Assembly: GCF_039654945.1 (NCBI RefSeq)
Contig: NW_027361924.1
Coordinates: 9,052,001-9,116,000, forward strand
Direction of reading: 5' to 3'
DNA from: Dendrobates tinctorius
Lineage: Eukaryota
Length of the DNA stretch: 64,000 nt
How positions within the stretch are numbered: the stretch's first letter is position 1; each line of letters opens with the position of its first letter. Positions 49,343 through 61,553 of the stretch are shown here, piece by piece. The position numbers and the translations under genes were made by a program. The notes under the pieces are model-generated. The model was given only the letters and a program-made list of their open reading frames with translations. It had not been told where the DNA came from and did not search any database.

Positions 49343-51264
49343 TGATGGTGCAGGAGTATCTAGAGATCAATATCAATGACATTAGAGGGGTTTGGACTCT
49401 TTTACATTTTGGTCTTCAAAAGTGGAAGTGTGACCTTAGCTCGCCTGTCACCCTTTGGAGGTTTATTCATGCCCGGCAGCCAGGGTTCTCTCAGAATGTC
49501 TCTTCAGCACTTCTGGTGGTATCCTGACAGATAAGGGCATCCGACTGTCCCCTGAAAGTGTGGACCACCTAACTTTCATCAAAATGAACAAGTCATGTAT
49601 CTCCAATGACTCTTGTCCCAGTTTCAGACTGATCATACTAGGTGATGGTGTAGTTTTCTCGCATTTCTGCAGTCTGTGCCACCTATGTGGTGTCTTCTAT
49701 GGCTGCTGTTGCTCCTGCTACTGATGTTACAAACAATTTTTCGAAATGTGGATACTCAAAGTTGGGTCTCTATTTGGTGGATTGGCTGTAGTGGAAGTTG
49801 TATCAGAGGTCTATTATACTGCAACAAAGGTTAAAATTAATATAATTATACAGCAGCGGAGAGTACTGCATATAGAGAGAAGAATATTGCAAACAACCGT
49901 GTGCACTTCTCTGAACACTGCTTTGCGTTTGTGAAACAATAAATGCTGTAGCCCTCACTTCTTTGCCGCTCCAGTCATGAAAATTGGAAATAGGAGACTG
50001 ATGGAGCTGCAGGGACAGAACCTTCTGTAGATTGTTTTAATCGCTGTTTGAACTTCATCACTCACTCTCGGGCTATTTAAACAAAGAGGACAGCTACATT
50101 GTTCGTTCAGACAGCCTTTTCCTCCTGACAGCTGGCTCCTGTCACACTGAAGGAACCCGAGATGTCTCACCACTGCTTCTGCTGCTCAGATGAGGGGAGA
50201 AGTTTGGGCCACGGGAGCGGCCCATCTGGCAAATGCCAGAACTGCCAGATGGCCAGTCAGGTCCTGCCTCAAAACATGACTAGAGAATTGAGCCAAATTA
50301 TTTGTGCCGCATGCAGAAACTTGTAATTTGCACCATTTTCACTAACCCAATCTCTCCTACTTGAGGTCTTGCAGCCTCTAACCTCCATCCTCTGCAGTGA
50401 AGTCTTAGGAAAATTGTCCTTGTTGTATATGGCAACCAATCACAGTGCAGCTTTCATTTTGTGAGAGAAGTTGATGATGTGCAAGCTGATCGCTGGTTGC
50501 TATGGCCAGCAAGGCCAGTGATAAGGCCCAGTGGTCGGTAGGAACTTAAAGGGGTTATCCTTCTACCTTATTATTGCTCTTCATTATCTTTATCCCACAC
50601 CCTATAGAGCAGCACACGATTACACAGCTCCAATACTCAGATCTGCACTGCAAAGTCCTAACTCTGCTCTGTAGCAACCGGGAGTTTTTCACTAGTTATT
50701 TCTGTCATGTGACTGTGATCTCTGAAAGGTTATTTATTGCGGAGGAGCAGTCTATAAAGCTGAATCATTATAACAAGCATGTGATAAGCTAGTCCAGTTA
50801 TAATAGCGTGCACAGTTATACCCTCTAAACAACTCCCCAAATGGCAAACAAGGGGGCAAAAAGAAAATCACTTCAAGAGTCTGTAATGTCACATGGGGTA
50901 TCACATGACTCCTCTCAGCCAGTCAGTAGCTCTAAAAAGGATCATGTGATGCAGCTTCTGACTCCGGTTTCTGTAGAATTTTGGAATCTAATTCACATGA
51001 GCCAAATTGTCCAGCAAGGACATAAAGTACAGCGGCCCGAGAGGCTGCCTGCGTGGTTTAGATGCTGCTTCTAGCTTTGTGTGAATAGCCCCATCTTGAA
51101 AATAATCTCTTTTAATGAAGCAGTACATAGTCATTATTAGGTGACCGCTTATAATGCATGCCACCAACCGTTCACTGGAAATTAAGTATTGTACATACAC
51201 TAGAAAAGCATTGGGCCTCATGGCTTAATAATTGAAAAAGGTTTCCTCTTTCAGTCCCGTAGCC

Positions 51265-51670
51265 CCACTGGTGTATAACATCCAGCCCCTCGCCCCCGAT
51301 GTAAAACTTCCAGCTCTTTGCCTACTGGTGTATAAAATTCAGCCCCATTGACCCCGGTGTATAACATCCAGCCCCCAATGTAAAACATCTGTCCCCTCAG
51401 TGCCTGGGGTATAACATCCGGCTCCCCACCTCCAGTCAATAATATGCGGCTTCTCGCCCCCATGTGGATAACTTCCATCCCCTTGACTCCTGTCATATAA
51501 CATTTGGCCCCCCAGTGTATAACTTAAGGTCAACTAATGCTGAGCTTCAAAAACATCACTTTTTTATTATGTATAACTTAAGGTTTCTCATCCCCAGGGT
51601 ATAACATATGGCCCTTTGCTCCTCTGATGTACATTTGGCCCCTGCCCTCCGGTGTATAACATCCAGCCCC
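51265..51670. repeat. Degenerate ~30-34-bp minisatellite
   Basis: Repeated ggtgtataacatccagcccc. Confidence 0.8.
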
Positions 51671-53758
51671 CTGCCATGCCATCTGCCACGTGTGACAAAT
51701 CTCATTGATACCAGCATGGTCCAGTAGTAGGAGCCACCAGAGTAACAAGTCTGTTCATGACATTTCTCCCTCCTAAATCTTCTTCCATCACCTGTGAGTG
51801 ATATTACTAAGAAGTGGAAGGAACCTCAGCAACTCAGTCACAAAGTGGAGACCCCGTAACAATACAGAGCGGGGGTTCAAGTGCTGAGGAGCAGAGGTCA
51901 GAAAGTCACCAATGCCATGCTGACCCCATAATCCAGACCACCTCTGGTATTAACATCAGCACAAACACTGCGCCCCCACCAGGAGCTTCATTGCTGAGCA
52001 GCTGCATTTTTGCTGTACATCACCAAGCACAATGCCAAGCATCAGATCTGGTGTGGTGTAATCTGGATGAGTGAATGCTTCTGAACATTGAAATATCAGA
52101 GACCAAAAGAAGAGGCATGGCAGCGGTTTTACAGGTCCTGCCGATAGGACATGACTGCCATACGGATCCTTCATTTGTGATTTTCGACCTATAGCATTGT
52201 TTGACATTTGGACAGGGCCACTCTACTCCTACCATATGCACCTTAGGAACAATCCAGTAAGAAGAAATAAGTGATAAAGTAGGAGGCCTTCCTCACGTGT
52301 ACTTCCCACCGCACTGTCATGAGTGCGACCTTATATTGAATGGTGTCAATAAGACCTTTGGCAAGTCTGCATTACACAGTACCGACATAGCCAAAAACAA
52401 TTAGAGACTCCCCCTAAACTGTTACAGGTGCTTCTCACAAAATTAGAAAATCATCAAAAAGTTAATTTATTGGCTATAACTTATAAGCCATAATCATCAA
52501 CATTACCAGAAATAAACCCGTGACATAGATCACTCTGTGTGTAATGTCTCTATAGAATACAGGAGAGGCACTTTTTGTATTGAAGAACTGAAATAAATTT
52601 TCTGATGATATTCTAATTTTGTGAGAAGCAGCTGTACATCGCAGCCTCCATCACACATTCTGTCCTTTTGGAGGGGAAGAACAGTGCCGCCTGTAGTACC
52701 ATTTTTCCAGTCAACCTAACAAACACCAAGATGGAGACTCTTGGGACCATCTTGATTGTGGTGAGATGGATCCGACGCTCCAATGTGGTTCCCCTTTTTT
52801 TCTACTTTCATGAACAGAGCCTGACCACACACACACCAGGATGGAACCCAATGACTCCCATTTTAACTTAATGGAGTATATCGGGTGCTGTTGATGTGTC
52901 ACAGAGCCGGCACTGTGCTGGGGTTATGTGTCAGAGCCAAGTAACAGTTATCACAACTAGTAAAACTTTACGTCGAAGACCCAGGAGGGATGCAGTCATC
53001 TTTCCCTACGTCACATTGGTATTTAGCCTGAGGCAGTCACAGAGATACACACAGTATAAATCCTACTAATCCTATTGTGCAGGCAGTCAACGGAGTCACA
53101 GGGCAGATTAGTGCCAGGTGGGAGGGTGTGACCGGGCACAGCGAAGCCCAGCTGTCTCCAAAGGAAGAGTGGATGTGAGGGCGTCCCGAAGGCAGCCTGG
53201 AGAACATCTGGTCACTGCTGTTTTGCTGCCTGGCAAGAAACAGACCGGCACTGACAGGTTCTTCCACAATAGGGAGTCAGTCAACTGCTCAGGAGTTAGT
53301 GAGGGGCCGGGGACCACCAACAGATTATCAGGGAGGAGAGGAGCTTTGTGTGCAGGTGAGGCCAGGAAGGGAGAGAAGCATTTGCACCTGGTGAGTACGA
53401 ACGCCCAACAGCATCAAGGTTTCAGACCAGCACTTGGACTTGCACTTTTTTCTTCGAGTTTGTAGAGCTGCCCTTTTTTTACCTATTTTTAAGTAGATTA
53501 TCACGCCAGTTCCTGCAGACTTGCACCCATGCATTTATCCTCATATATATGTGTATAGTTTTATATATATATACTCACACGTGTACGCCAACACCAAATA
53601 TATGAAATTTGAGCTGCATTTCACTGTTAGAGAGAATATAATTTCCATTTCTAATTTCCATTCATAAGAGCCCATGACGTGCCACCTGTCTGCTGGAATA
53701 ACATAATACTAACGTCTTTACATTCAGATAGCCCCCGGAATAAAGTCTAACAAGAAAA

Positions 53759-54720
53759 TGAACCCCTTCCCGACAGCGCCAGTTTCCATTTCCGCAATTT
53801 CGTTATTTCCTTCCCTCTTTTAAGAGCTATATTTTTGGTTATTTTTCCATCCACATGGCATTATAGCATTATAAGAATTTGTTTTTTTGTTTTTTTTTGC
53901 AGGACAGGAAAAAAAAATTCCAACACTGGTAAAATTACTAAAAAAAAATGCAATTCCGCAATTGTTTCTTTTTTTTTGTTCTGTTTTTAAGAAGTTCATT
54001 GTGGAGTAATAGTGATATAGCAATATTAGTCTCCGGGTTAGTATGATTACAAATATATCAAAGTTGTATAGTATTTTTTTATTATTTAAGTGGAAAAAAG
54101 AATTTAGAAATTCATTTAAAAAAAAATAAAAAATTGGCTTGTGTCACCATGTTTTGAGATTCGCATCGCTTTAATTTTTCATTCGATGGATCTATGTGAG
54201 AGCTTGTTTTCTGCGGGGCAGTCTAATGTCTATATTGGCATAATTTGGGCATATATATGACGTTTCATCACTTGTTGCATTTTTTTTTAGATGTTGCGCG
54301 ACTGAAAAATCTCATTTCTGGAGTTTTATTTTTTTTTTCTCAATACTCTATTGCCATTCAGATTATTTATATTTTATATGTTGATAGAGCAAATTTTTAC
54401 CGCCGTAAAGATACCAAATATGTATATTCTTTTTTTTGTTATTTCTTTATTTTTGATAGAAGAAAGTAGGGGATTTTTATATACATTTTAATATTTTAAA
54501 AAACTTATCTTTTCACTTTTTTTAATCCCTTGAGGGTTTTTGAACTAACAATTATCTAATCAGTTGCACTATATAAAGCAATATTGCATTTCATTATATA
54601 GAAAAAAATCATGTCCTCCAATGGACGCCAGCCAAAGGCTGATTTTCATCGGAGCACCGTAATTTCAGGCGCATGAGTCTTCAGCAGACAGCTGGCTGAC
54701 ATTGCAACCCAACGCATCCG
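53759..54720. mobile_element. Decayed piggyBac-like non-autonomous element
   Basis: tgaa|ccccttcccgac terminus followed by an AT-rich body. The right end is not identifiable. Confidence 0.45.
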
Positions 54721-54941
54721 GCAGAGGGTAGGGGCAATAGGGACAGAATTACAAAAGTAGCATAAATTACAGCAGAAATGTGTTCAGTCCCCTTCTGGAG
54801 TGCATTTCTTGCAGTGGTGCACAAAACCTGAAAGATGCGCCAACTACATTGAGGCCATGCATGCCCACCAATGAATGTGGCGCATCTTCAGTGCACTAAT
54901 GCAGAACACCAGTCTTCATGAATCAGAGCCTCTGAGTGTCA

Positions 54942-55306
54942 GGCTATGTGCACACGTTGTGGATTCTGCTGCGGATCCGCAGCGGATTTGGCCCTGCGGA
55001 TTAGCAGCAGTTTCTGCTGTGTTGTACAGTACCTTTATAGTCTATGGAAATTGAAAACCGCAGTGCACATGCTGTGGATTTTTCCGCGCGGATTAGGTGC
55101 GGTTTTAAATCCGCAGCATGTCAATTCTTTGTGCGGAATCCGCTGCGGTTTGACACTTGCTCCATCACCAGGTGTCAAAATGCATGGGAAAACCGCAGGC
55201 TAATCTGACTAAATCCACAGGTAAAATGCAGGTCATTTGACCTGCAGATTTAGCCAAATGCGCACAGAAAAATCCACAGCAGAATCCGCAATGTGAGCAC
55301 TCGCCC
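54942..55306 (+). mobile_element. Harbinger-type MITE (tgcgga/tccgca-rich)
   Basis: Ends ggctatgtgcacacgttg / caatgtgagcactcgccc. Same family as 56716-57100, in the opposite orientation. Confidence 0.75.
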
Positions 55307-55333
55307 TCTCGGCCTAAGGACCTGCAGGACCTA

Positions 55334-56647
55334 TGTGGCACCCCTGAGGCTTCAGTCGCCACAGAGGTACTGCACCTTCTCCTAAGGTGTGACACCCCAC
55401 CATCCAGGTAGGCTGGGAACTCCCTTTCGCATTCCAACACCTGCACCCCACACACAGGATAGTTCAGCAGAGACCCATCCATGCTTTATGCTGGAAAGGT
55501 CATAGGATGCCTTTTGTGGTCCCTGGCTTCGTAACACTGGAGGTGCTGGGGAGGCGGGTGGAGTTAGCTATAAAAGAGAGGGAAGGTGTAGGATTTCAAG
55601 TCAGTCTGACAAAAGATCAGTGGAGTAGGAAGTCACTCAGACAGGAGTGAGGATCCCTGGAAGAGGGATGGAGGAAGGAGTGCTGCAGCTGCCTCAGTGA
55701 CCTGAGCCAGCTGGCATGGGAAAGGAACAGAAGGAAGGAGACGTAGACTGGAGACTACAGATTCCATAAGAGAGATAGAACAGATCGGAACGAAGGAGAA
55801 TAGAAGGACGGTGGGAAGCAGGTTGAGAAAGAGAGAAAACCCTTCCAGTCCAGAGCGCATAGGCCGGGGCCCGGTCCCCGAGGTTGATTGGATTATTATG
55901 TCCAGCAGCAGACACCGGAGGAGTAGTGAGCCACTAACGCCTTACTCCCCTCATAGACTTGGGACACAACAGCAACTGGATAGTGAGCCGGGACACAGAC
56001 AGGAGTCCCCGAAGCAGGCTACAGCTGTCTGTCATACAAGCAGAGACTAGGAACACCTAGAGAGAGGCATTCCAGGGTAACTAAGTACTGGAGTACTTCG
56101 CACCTAAAGGTGCATTGGAGGAGTCGTTCAGTAAGGTACATATTGGCGGAGTGTGGAGGGGAGAATCCTATCCTGCCTGGAGGTTGGCTGGGGCCCTGGC
56201 CTGAAGAACACAGTGCAGAGGCAGGCAGTTGTGTGAACTGCAAACAGTGAGTAAAGCTTTGGAACCGCATACTCTGGTGTCCTCCAGTTATTCCAGCACT
56301 GCTACATCTGGGTAACAACATCTGTACCATTCTGTGCCTCTCCTCGTCCATTGCACCTACACTGCCCTGGGACTACAGCTCCACCTGTGGGGAGCTACAC
56401 CATCTTTGCTGCACCACACCATCAGTCACAGTGTATCTGCACGCAGCGTTGGCTCAACATCTCACTTGCCAAACACCACGGGTGGCGTCACAAACTATCC
56501 AAATAAACTATTACACAATTAACATCACCGCCATTGATATTGGGCACCCATGGCCACGGACCGGGTCACCGCTGCTGTGACACACATTCCCCCAGACACT
56601 GGCCCGGTACCGAGTATCCCACTGCCCTGGGTGTGAGGGGCGACCCA
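55334..56647. mobile_element. Solo LTR (probably Gypsy)
   Basis: TG...CA ends with short inverted termini tgtggcacccc / ggggcgaccca, 4-bp TSD ccta, and tataaaa at ~55569. Confidence 0.7.
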
Positions 56648-56715
56648 CCTACACACTTCAGATCAGTATTTGGTGCATTCAGAGGCTTGGAGCCAGGAGT
56701 GGAAAGTTTGGATTA

Positions 56716-57100
56716 GGGTATGTGCACACGGTGCGGATTACCCTGCGGATTTTTCGGCGTGGATTTGGCTAAATCCACAGGTAAATCCGCAGGTAAAATG
56801 ACCCACGTTTTACCTGTGGATTTAGTGCAGATTTTTTGTGGGTTTCCCCTGCGTTTTGACACCTGCGGATTCCTATAATGTAGCAGGTATCAAAACGCTG
56901 CGGATCCACAGAAAGAATTGACATGCTGCCGATTTAAATCCGCAGAAAATCCATGCGGAAAAATCTGCAGCATTTGCACAGTGTTTATCAGTTTTCATAG
57001 ACTTTAACAGTACTGTACAATGCAACAGAATCTGCTGCAGATACGCAGGGCCAAATCCACTGCGGATCTGCCGCAGAATCCGCAACGTGTGCACACACCC
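56716..57100 (-). mobile_element. Harbinger-type MITE
   Basis: TIR gggtatgtgcacacg / cgtgtgcacacaccc and 3-bp TSD TTA. Confidence 0.8.
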
Positions 57101-57354
57101 TTAAACTTGGGTTATTGACAAATCACGTGGTAGATTGGCATTGGTCCAAGTATATTTTGCCATGGCTGGCAAAACCTATGTTCTCGGGACCATCTTTGCT
57201 ATGTACACTTGATAAAGATGTAGCAACCTTTTTATAATGTTTATTAAAAAAATGGTTTTCACCAAGAAAAAATAGTTATTTTGTGTTTGCTGCTTAAATT
57301 CTCTTTGTCTTTACAGTGATGGATGCTGGTTAATTGTAAAAATTTAAATGTAAA

Positions 57355-58375
57355 CCTGGGAGGTGAAGATGTGAGACAGTGAAGGGGGGAATTAATTGTA
57401 TGGCAGTGGAGACGTGAGTCGGGGGAGGTGGGGATATGAGTTTGGGGTTGTGGTGATGTGATTCTGGGGTGGAAGGAATGTGAGCTTGGGACAGCGGGGA
57501 TGTGAGCCTGAAGCAGTGTAGATGTGAGCTTGGGGAGGAGTGGATGTGAGCCTGAAGTGCTGGGGATGTGAGCTTGGGGTGGAGGGGATGTGAGCTTATA
57601 GTGGAAGAGATGTGAGCTTGGTGTGGCAGGGATGTCTTTCTGGGACAGAGGGGATGTGAACTTGGGGCAGTGAAGATGTGAGCCTGAGGCAATGTGGATC
57701 TGAGCTTGGAGAAGAGGGGGTGGGAGCGTTGGGTAGAGGGCGGTGTGGATATTAGGTTAGGATGTCAGCCTTGGGTGGCTGGTATGTAAACCTGGGGTGG
57801 CATCAGTATGAATTTGGGGCGGAGGGAATGTGAGTTTAGGGCGGAGGGGATGTGAGTTTGGGGCAGAGGGGATGTGAGTTTGGGGCAGAGGGGATGGAAG
57901 TTTGGGGCAGAAGGGATGTGAGTTTGAGGCATAGAGGATGTGAGCTTGTGGCAGAGGGGATGTGAGCTTGGGGCAGAGGAGATGTGAGCTTGGGGCAGAG
58001 GGGATGTGATCTTGGGGCAGAGAGGATGTGAGTTTGGGGAAGAGGGCATGTGAGTTTGAGGCAGAAGGGATGTGAGCTTGGGGCAGAGGGGATGTGAGTT
58101 TTGGGCAGAGGGAATGTGAGTTTGGGGCAGAGGGCATGTGAGTTTGGGGCAGAAGGGATGTGAGCTTGGGGCAGAGGGGATGTGAGTTTTGGGCAGAGGG
58201 AATGTGAGTTTGGGGAAGAGGGCATGTGAGTTTGAGGCAGAAGGGATGTGAGCTTGGGGCAGAGGGGATGTGAGTTTGGGGCAGAGGGAATGTGAGTTTG
58301 GGGCAGAGGGCATGTGAGTTTGAGGCAGAGGGGATGTGAGCTTGGGGCAGAGGGGATGTGAGTTTGGGGCAGGGG
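57355..58375. repeat. G-rich 22-bp minisatellite (~45 units)
   Basis: Unit gatgtgagtttggggcagaggg. Degenerate at the 5' end and homogeneous from ~57830. Confidence 0.95.
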
Positions 58376-58477
58376 TGAAAACTTTGGTTGGAATGGATGT
58401 GGATGGTGAAAATATGAGTCTAAGTTATAGAGATTAACATAATTATAATTTTTTTTATTAGATTTTTTGTGTCTTGA

Positions 58478-59413
58478 ATGAAGGCTGAAAACATCATGGA
58501 AAACCAGACCACTGAATATTTCCAAATGATTCCCTTTTTTTCCAAACCGATGGACACGCCATACATTTTCTTCACATTGTTAACTGTATACTTGATGGGA
58601 ATATTAATGAATATAATTATCATTGCAGTGATATACACTGATCACCGGCTTCACTCCCCCATGTATCTGTTTCTCAGTAATCTGTCCCTTATTGATGTTT
58701 GTTTCCCGAGTGTCATCATTCCTAAAGTTCTCTACATGCTTTTCACTGGTATTAAAACTGTATCATTTACACAATGTTTTACCCAGTTTTATTTTTACGT
58801 CTTGTTTGGCACCACAGAAGATACTCTATTATTTGTAATGGCGTATGACCGGTATGTTGCGATCTGTAGACCTTTACATTATCATCAGGTTTTGAGTAGG
58901 AGAATGTGTTTGGGGTTCGTTGTCGCCATTTGGTCTTCAGCCTGTCTGAATTCAGTCTTAATTACAACGCAAGCCTTGAAGATAACTTTCTGCAGTGCCA
59001 ACAAGATCCACCATCTATTCTGTGACTTTAAGGCTCTGTTTAAGATCTCATGTGGCGGCTTAGAGAAGTTCTTCAACCTGGTGTATTTTGAAATTTTAGT
59101 CCTTGTTATGTGTCCATTTTTGTTCAGTGTTGTCTCGTACACAAAAATCATTTCCATTATTATGAATATTAAATCAAAAGAAGGAAGAAGAAAGATCTTC
59201 TCCACGTGTTCTTCTCATGTTACCGTCCTCCTCCTCTACTATACCACAGCCTCGTCTGTGCTTTTGGCCCCAACCACAAAATACTCTAATTTATTTGAGC
59301 AAATCTGTTCGGTGCTGTACACAACTGTGACGCCCATGTTAAACCCTCTCATTTATACACTTCGCAATAAAGAAGTAAAGCTTGCCATAAATAGACTGTT
59401 AAAGGCAAAATAG
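58478..59413 (+). CDS. Olfactory receptor, class II type, intact (311 aa; the start may be the ATG at 58496)
   Basis: MENQT glycosylation motif, LHSPMYLFLSNLS, MAYDRYVAICRPLHY, KIFSTCSSH, PMLNPLIYTLRNKEVK. Candidate splice acceptor tttttttattag just upstream. Confidence 0.97.
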   Translation: MKAENIMENQTTEYFQMIPFFSKPMDTPYIFFTLLTVYLMGILMNIIIIAVIYTDHRLHSPMYLFLSNLSLIDVCFPSVIIPKVLYMLFTGIKTVSFTQCFTQFYFYVLFGTTEDTLLFVMAYDRYVAICRPLHYHQVLSRRMCLGFVVAIWSSACLNSVLITTQALKITFCSANKIHHLFCDFKALFKISCGGLEKFFNLVYFEILVLVMCPFLFSVVSYTKIISIIMNIKSKEGRRKIFSTCSSHVTVLLLYYTTASSVLLAPTTKYSNLFEQICSVLYTTVTPMLNPLIYTLRNKEVKLAINRLLKAK

Positions 59414-59988
59414 AGACATATTCACACTGCATTTGTACTTTTGTCTGTTACATCGGTAAAGCTCCCAGCTTTTCCATAAAACCTATCCATATGGTCCCAT
59501 TCAATGAATTGATGTATGCTATTGTGGGAAAATATTAAGCATAATTTGTAATATATTGAGCTGATTTGGGGATTTGGAGTCCAGTAGGCGGCCCTATTCG
59601 GTGATTGATAACCTATTTAAGTGAGCATGCAGATATAACACTGAGTATAACCGCCTACTGGAATCCTACTTAGAATGAGTTCAGAATTGGAGTAAATTGT
59701 TTACTAGTAATTCTTTTCCTACAAACTAATATATTAATCTGCTCTGCAATATCCACGTGGAGATTGGACTACATTTTCAATGTGACTTATTCCCTTTAAA
59801 TCCTCTATGATGAATGAGGAGTAATAAATAAATTACATGATAGTGTCAGGGTGATCTCTTAAGGTGAGATCTTAGCGATTGCCCATTCCTGACCTAAGCG
59901 TGAGCCAAGTGCATGCTTAGAAGAGTCACATCAGACAAAGGAGTCAGATATATAGACTCCTCTCTCAGCGAGAGTTGGCACACAACTG

Positions 59989-60871
59989 TGTTATGAATGA
60001 GTCACCGAGGAGGAAAAAACGAAAAGAAAGCTAAGCCCAGAAAACCGGAGAGGTTGGTAACTAGCGGATTGCAGACCCCTGATCCTATCCACACAACTAG
60101 CAGTAGCCGTGGAGCGTGTCTACGGTGATCCTAGACACCTCATCATGGCCGGAGGACTAAATAAGCCTAAAGAAAGAAAGGGAAAATCTAAACTGCCCCA
60201 GAGCAGACCCCAAAGCAATAGACAGCCCCCAACATGTATTGTCAGTGAAACAAGATGAAAACACAGGCACAGGTAGAAAGATAGGCTGAGCAAACGATGG
60301 GGCCCTCGCTAACTAGAAAGGACAGGAAAGAAAAGCTGCTGTCTGCAATCACGCAAAAATCCCTGCCAAAAAGAATGTCCAACACGTCTGATAGAAAAAG
60401 GCCCTGAAGTCGCTAGACTTCAAATCACTATATCAGCACTCAGGTATATTCTGAAGACAGAGCAAAAGAGATCAACTGATCAGAGACAAAATGGGGATTC
60501 AGCCCAGTCCCAGCCAGGGGTGGCTGAACACAAAAACTAAGTAAACCAGACAAAAACTCATATGAACAATAGCAGAGAAAACTTAGCTTTAGGAAGGCAG
60601 GAACCAAACTGGAAACCAGGAGCCAGAGTCAAGAAAAATCACCAGCAAGAAACTAGGGAGTCGGCTGCCTTAAATCCAATCAGAAACTCGTGATGTCCAA
60701 TCACAGTCCTCTTCCTCAGGTGGCCGGTCTCTGCCATTTAGATCAGCTTCATTACCTCCCTTCACCAACAGAGAGAGTCCAGATAGAGAACTCACTACTC
60801 CTCTGTCAGCACAGCCAGCTCCATTACCCTCACCAGAAGCCAGAGGCAAACCCGAAAATGAGCTCACAACA
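59989..60871 (-). mobile_element. Solo LTR of Gypsy family A
   Basis: Homologous to the A1 and A2 LTRs (tgttatgaatg...ctcacaaca). 6-bp TSD caactg at 59983-59988 and 60872-60877. Confidence 0.93.
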
Positions 60872-61166
60872 CAACTGAACTTTAATCTTAAAATAAAGAA
60901 TCTTGCAACAGACAGGAAAAGGGCATCACAGAATCTTCTGAACAGCCAGTGTCAGTCTATGATAGGTCGATGCCAACTCCTCTCCATACATGGTCTTCAT
61001 GTTCACATTCCAAAGATTCCTTCCAGGGTGATGTTCCAAGATGTGGAGCCATTTTGTTACATCATATCTGAACTGACTTATATAAGGTTTAATAATTGAC
61101 TGCATTAGCCATTCTCTCCTTCACAATATCCAAGAAGTATCATTTCTCCTTGCGGAGCCAAACCTG

Positions 61167-61227
61167 ATCTCCCACTTTGCACTGATGAGGGGCAGTACCC
61201 CGAAACACAGTGTCTGCAAATGGAGAT
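61167..61227 (+). ncRNA. Minimal type I hammerhead ribozyme, copy 1
   Basis: tttgca-CTGATGA-gggg cagta cccc-GAAA-cacagtg-TC-tgcaaa: complete core, helix I extended by atctcc/ggagat, 4-bp helix II, palindromic helix III, GUC cleavage triplet at 61212-61214. Confidence 0.9.
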
Positions 61228-61351
61228 TCTGGTTTGGCTTTTATCCTAAGTCATGTAACTAGGCTCGTTAAAGGGTCAACATTGACTTTTAGGATTGCTA
61301 CCTCCAATAGGTGGCACTAGAGTTCTAGTCCTCTTCCTCTCTGAAGAGACA

Positions 61352-61420
61352 ATTTGCATAATTAGCATATTTCCCAGAGGAGCATTGCGGCTTTAAGTCT
61401 CCTCACCTCGACATGCTTAG
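61352..61420 (+). promoter_or_regulatory. Candidate compact snRNA-type promoter (octamer x2, SPH/Staf-like, PSE-like)
   Basis: ATTTGCAT at 61352-61359, ATTAGCAT at 61361-61368, TTCCCAGAGGAGCATTGCG at 61371-61389, and TCACCTCGACATGCTTAG at 61403-61420. Confidence 0.55.
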
Positions 61421-61492
61421 CATGTTATTCTCCGCAAGGAGAAATGATACTTCTTGGATATCGGTCAGACGCCTCTCTCACAGCCAAATCAG

Positions 61493-61553
61493 ATCTCCCA
61501 CTTTGCACTGATGAGGGGCAGTACCCCGAAACACAGTGTCTGCAAATGGAGAT
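61493..61553 (+). ncRNA. Minimal type I hammerhead ribozyme, copy 2
   Basis: Identical to copy 1. CTGATGA at 61508-61514 and GUC at 61538-61540. Confidence 0.9.

Larger units (their letters stand above)
45105..49640 (+). pseudogene. Heavily decayed hAT family C element with transposase remnants
   Basis: BED remnants at ~46230-46370, LLATELQPFHLVD, CDNSANL..HVPCMAYILNLVV, SCPAARVLSECLFS..LTFIKMN. Confidence 0.8.

Noticed and set aside
49700-53750. Short ORFs and MITE-like ends (e.g. ttaaaggggttatcc at 50546)
   Set aside because: No recognisable domains and only single termini, so too decayed to call.
57301-57335. Possible 12-nt 5' micro-exon of OR3 (tctttacag|tgatggatgctg|gttaat)
   Set aside because: The donor is weak and cannot be supported without transcript data.
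57330-58525. Proline/histidine-rich ORFs on the minus strand
   Set aside because: Translations of the 22-bp minisatellite, open in all three frames.
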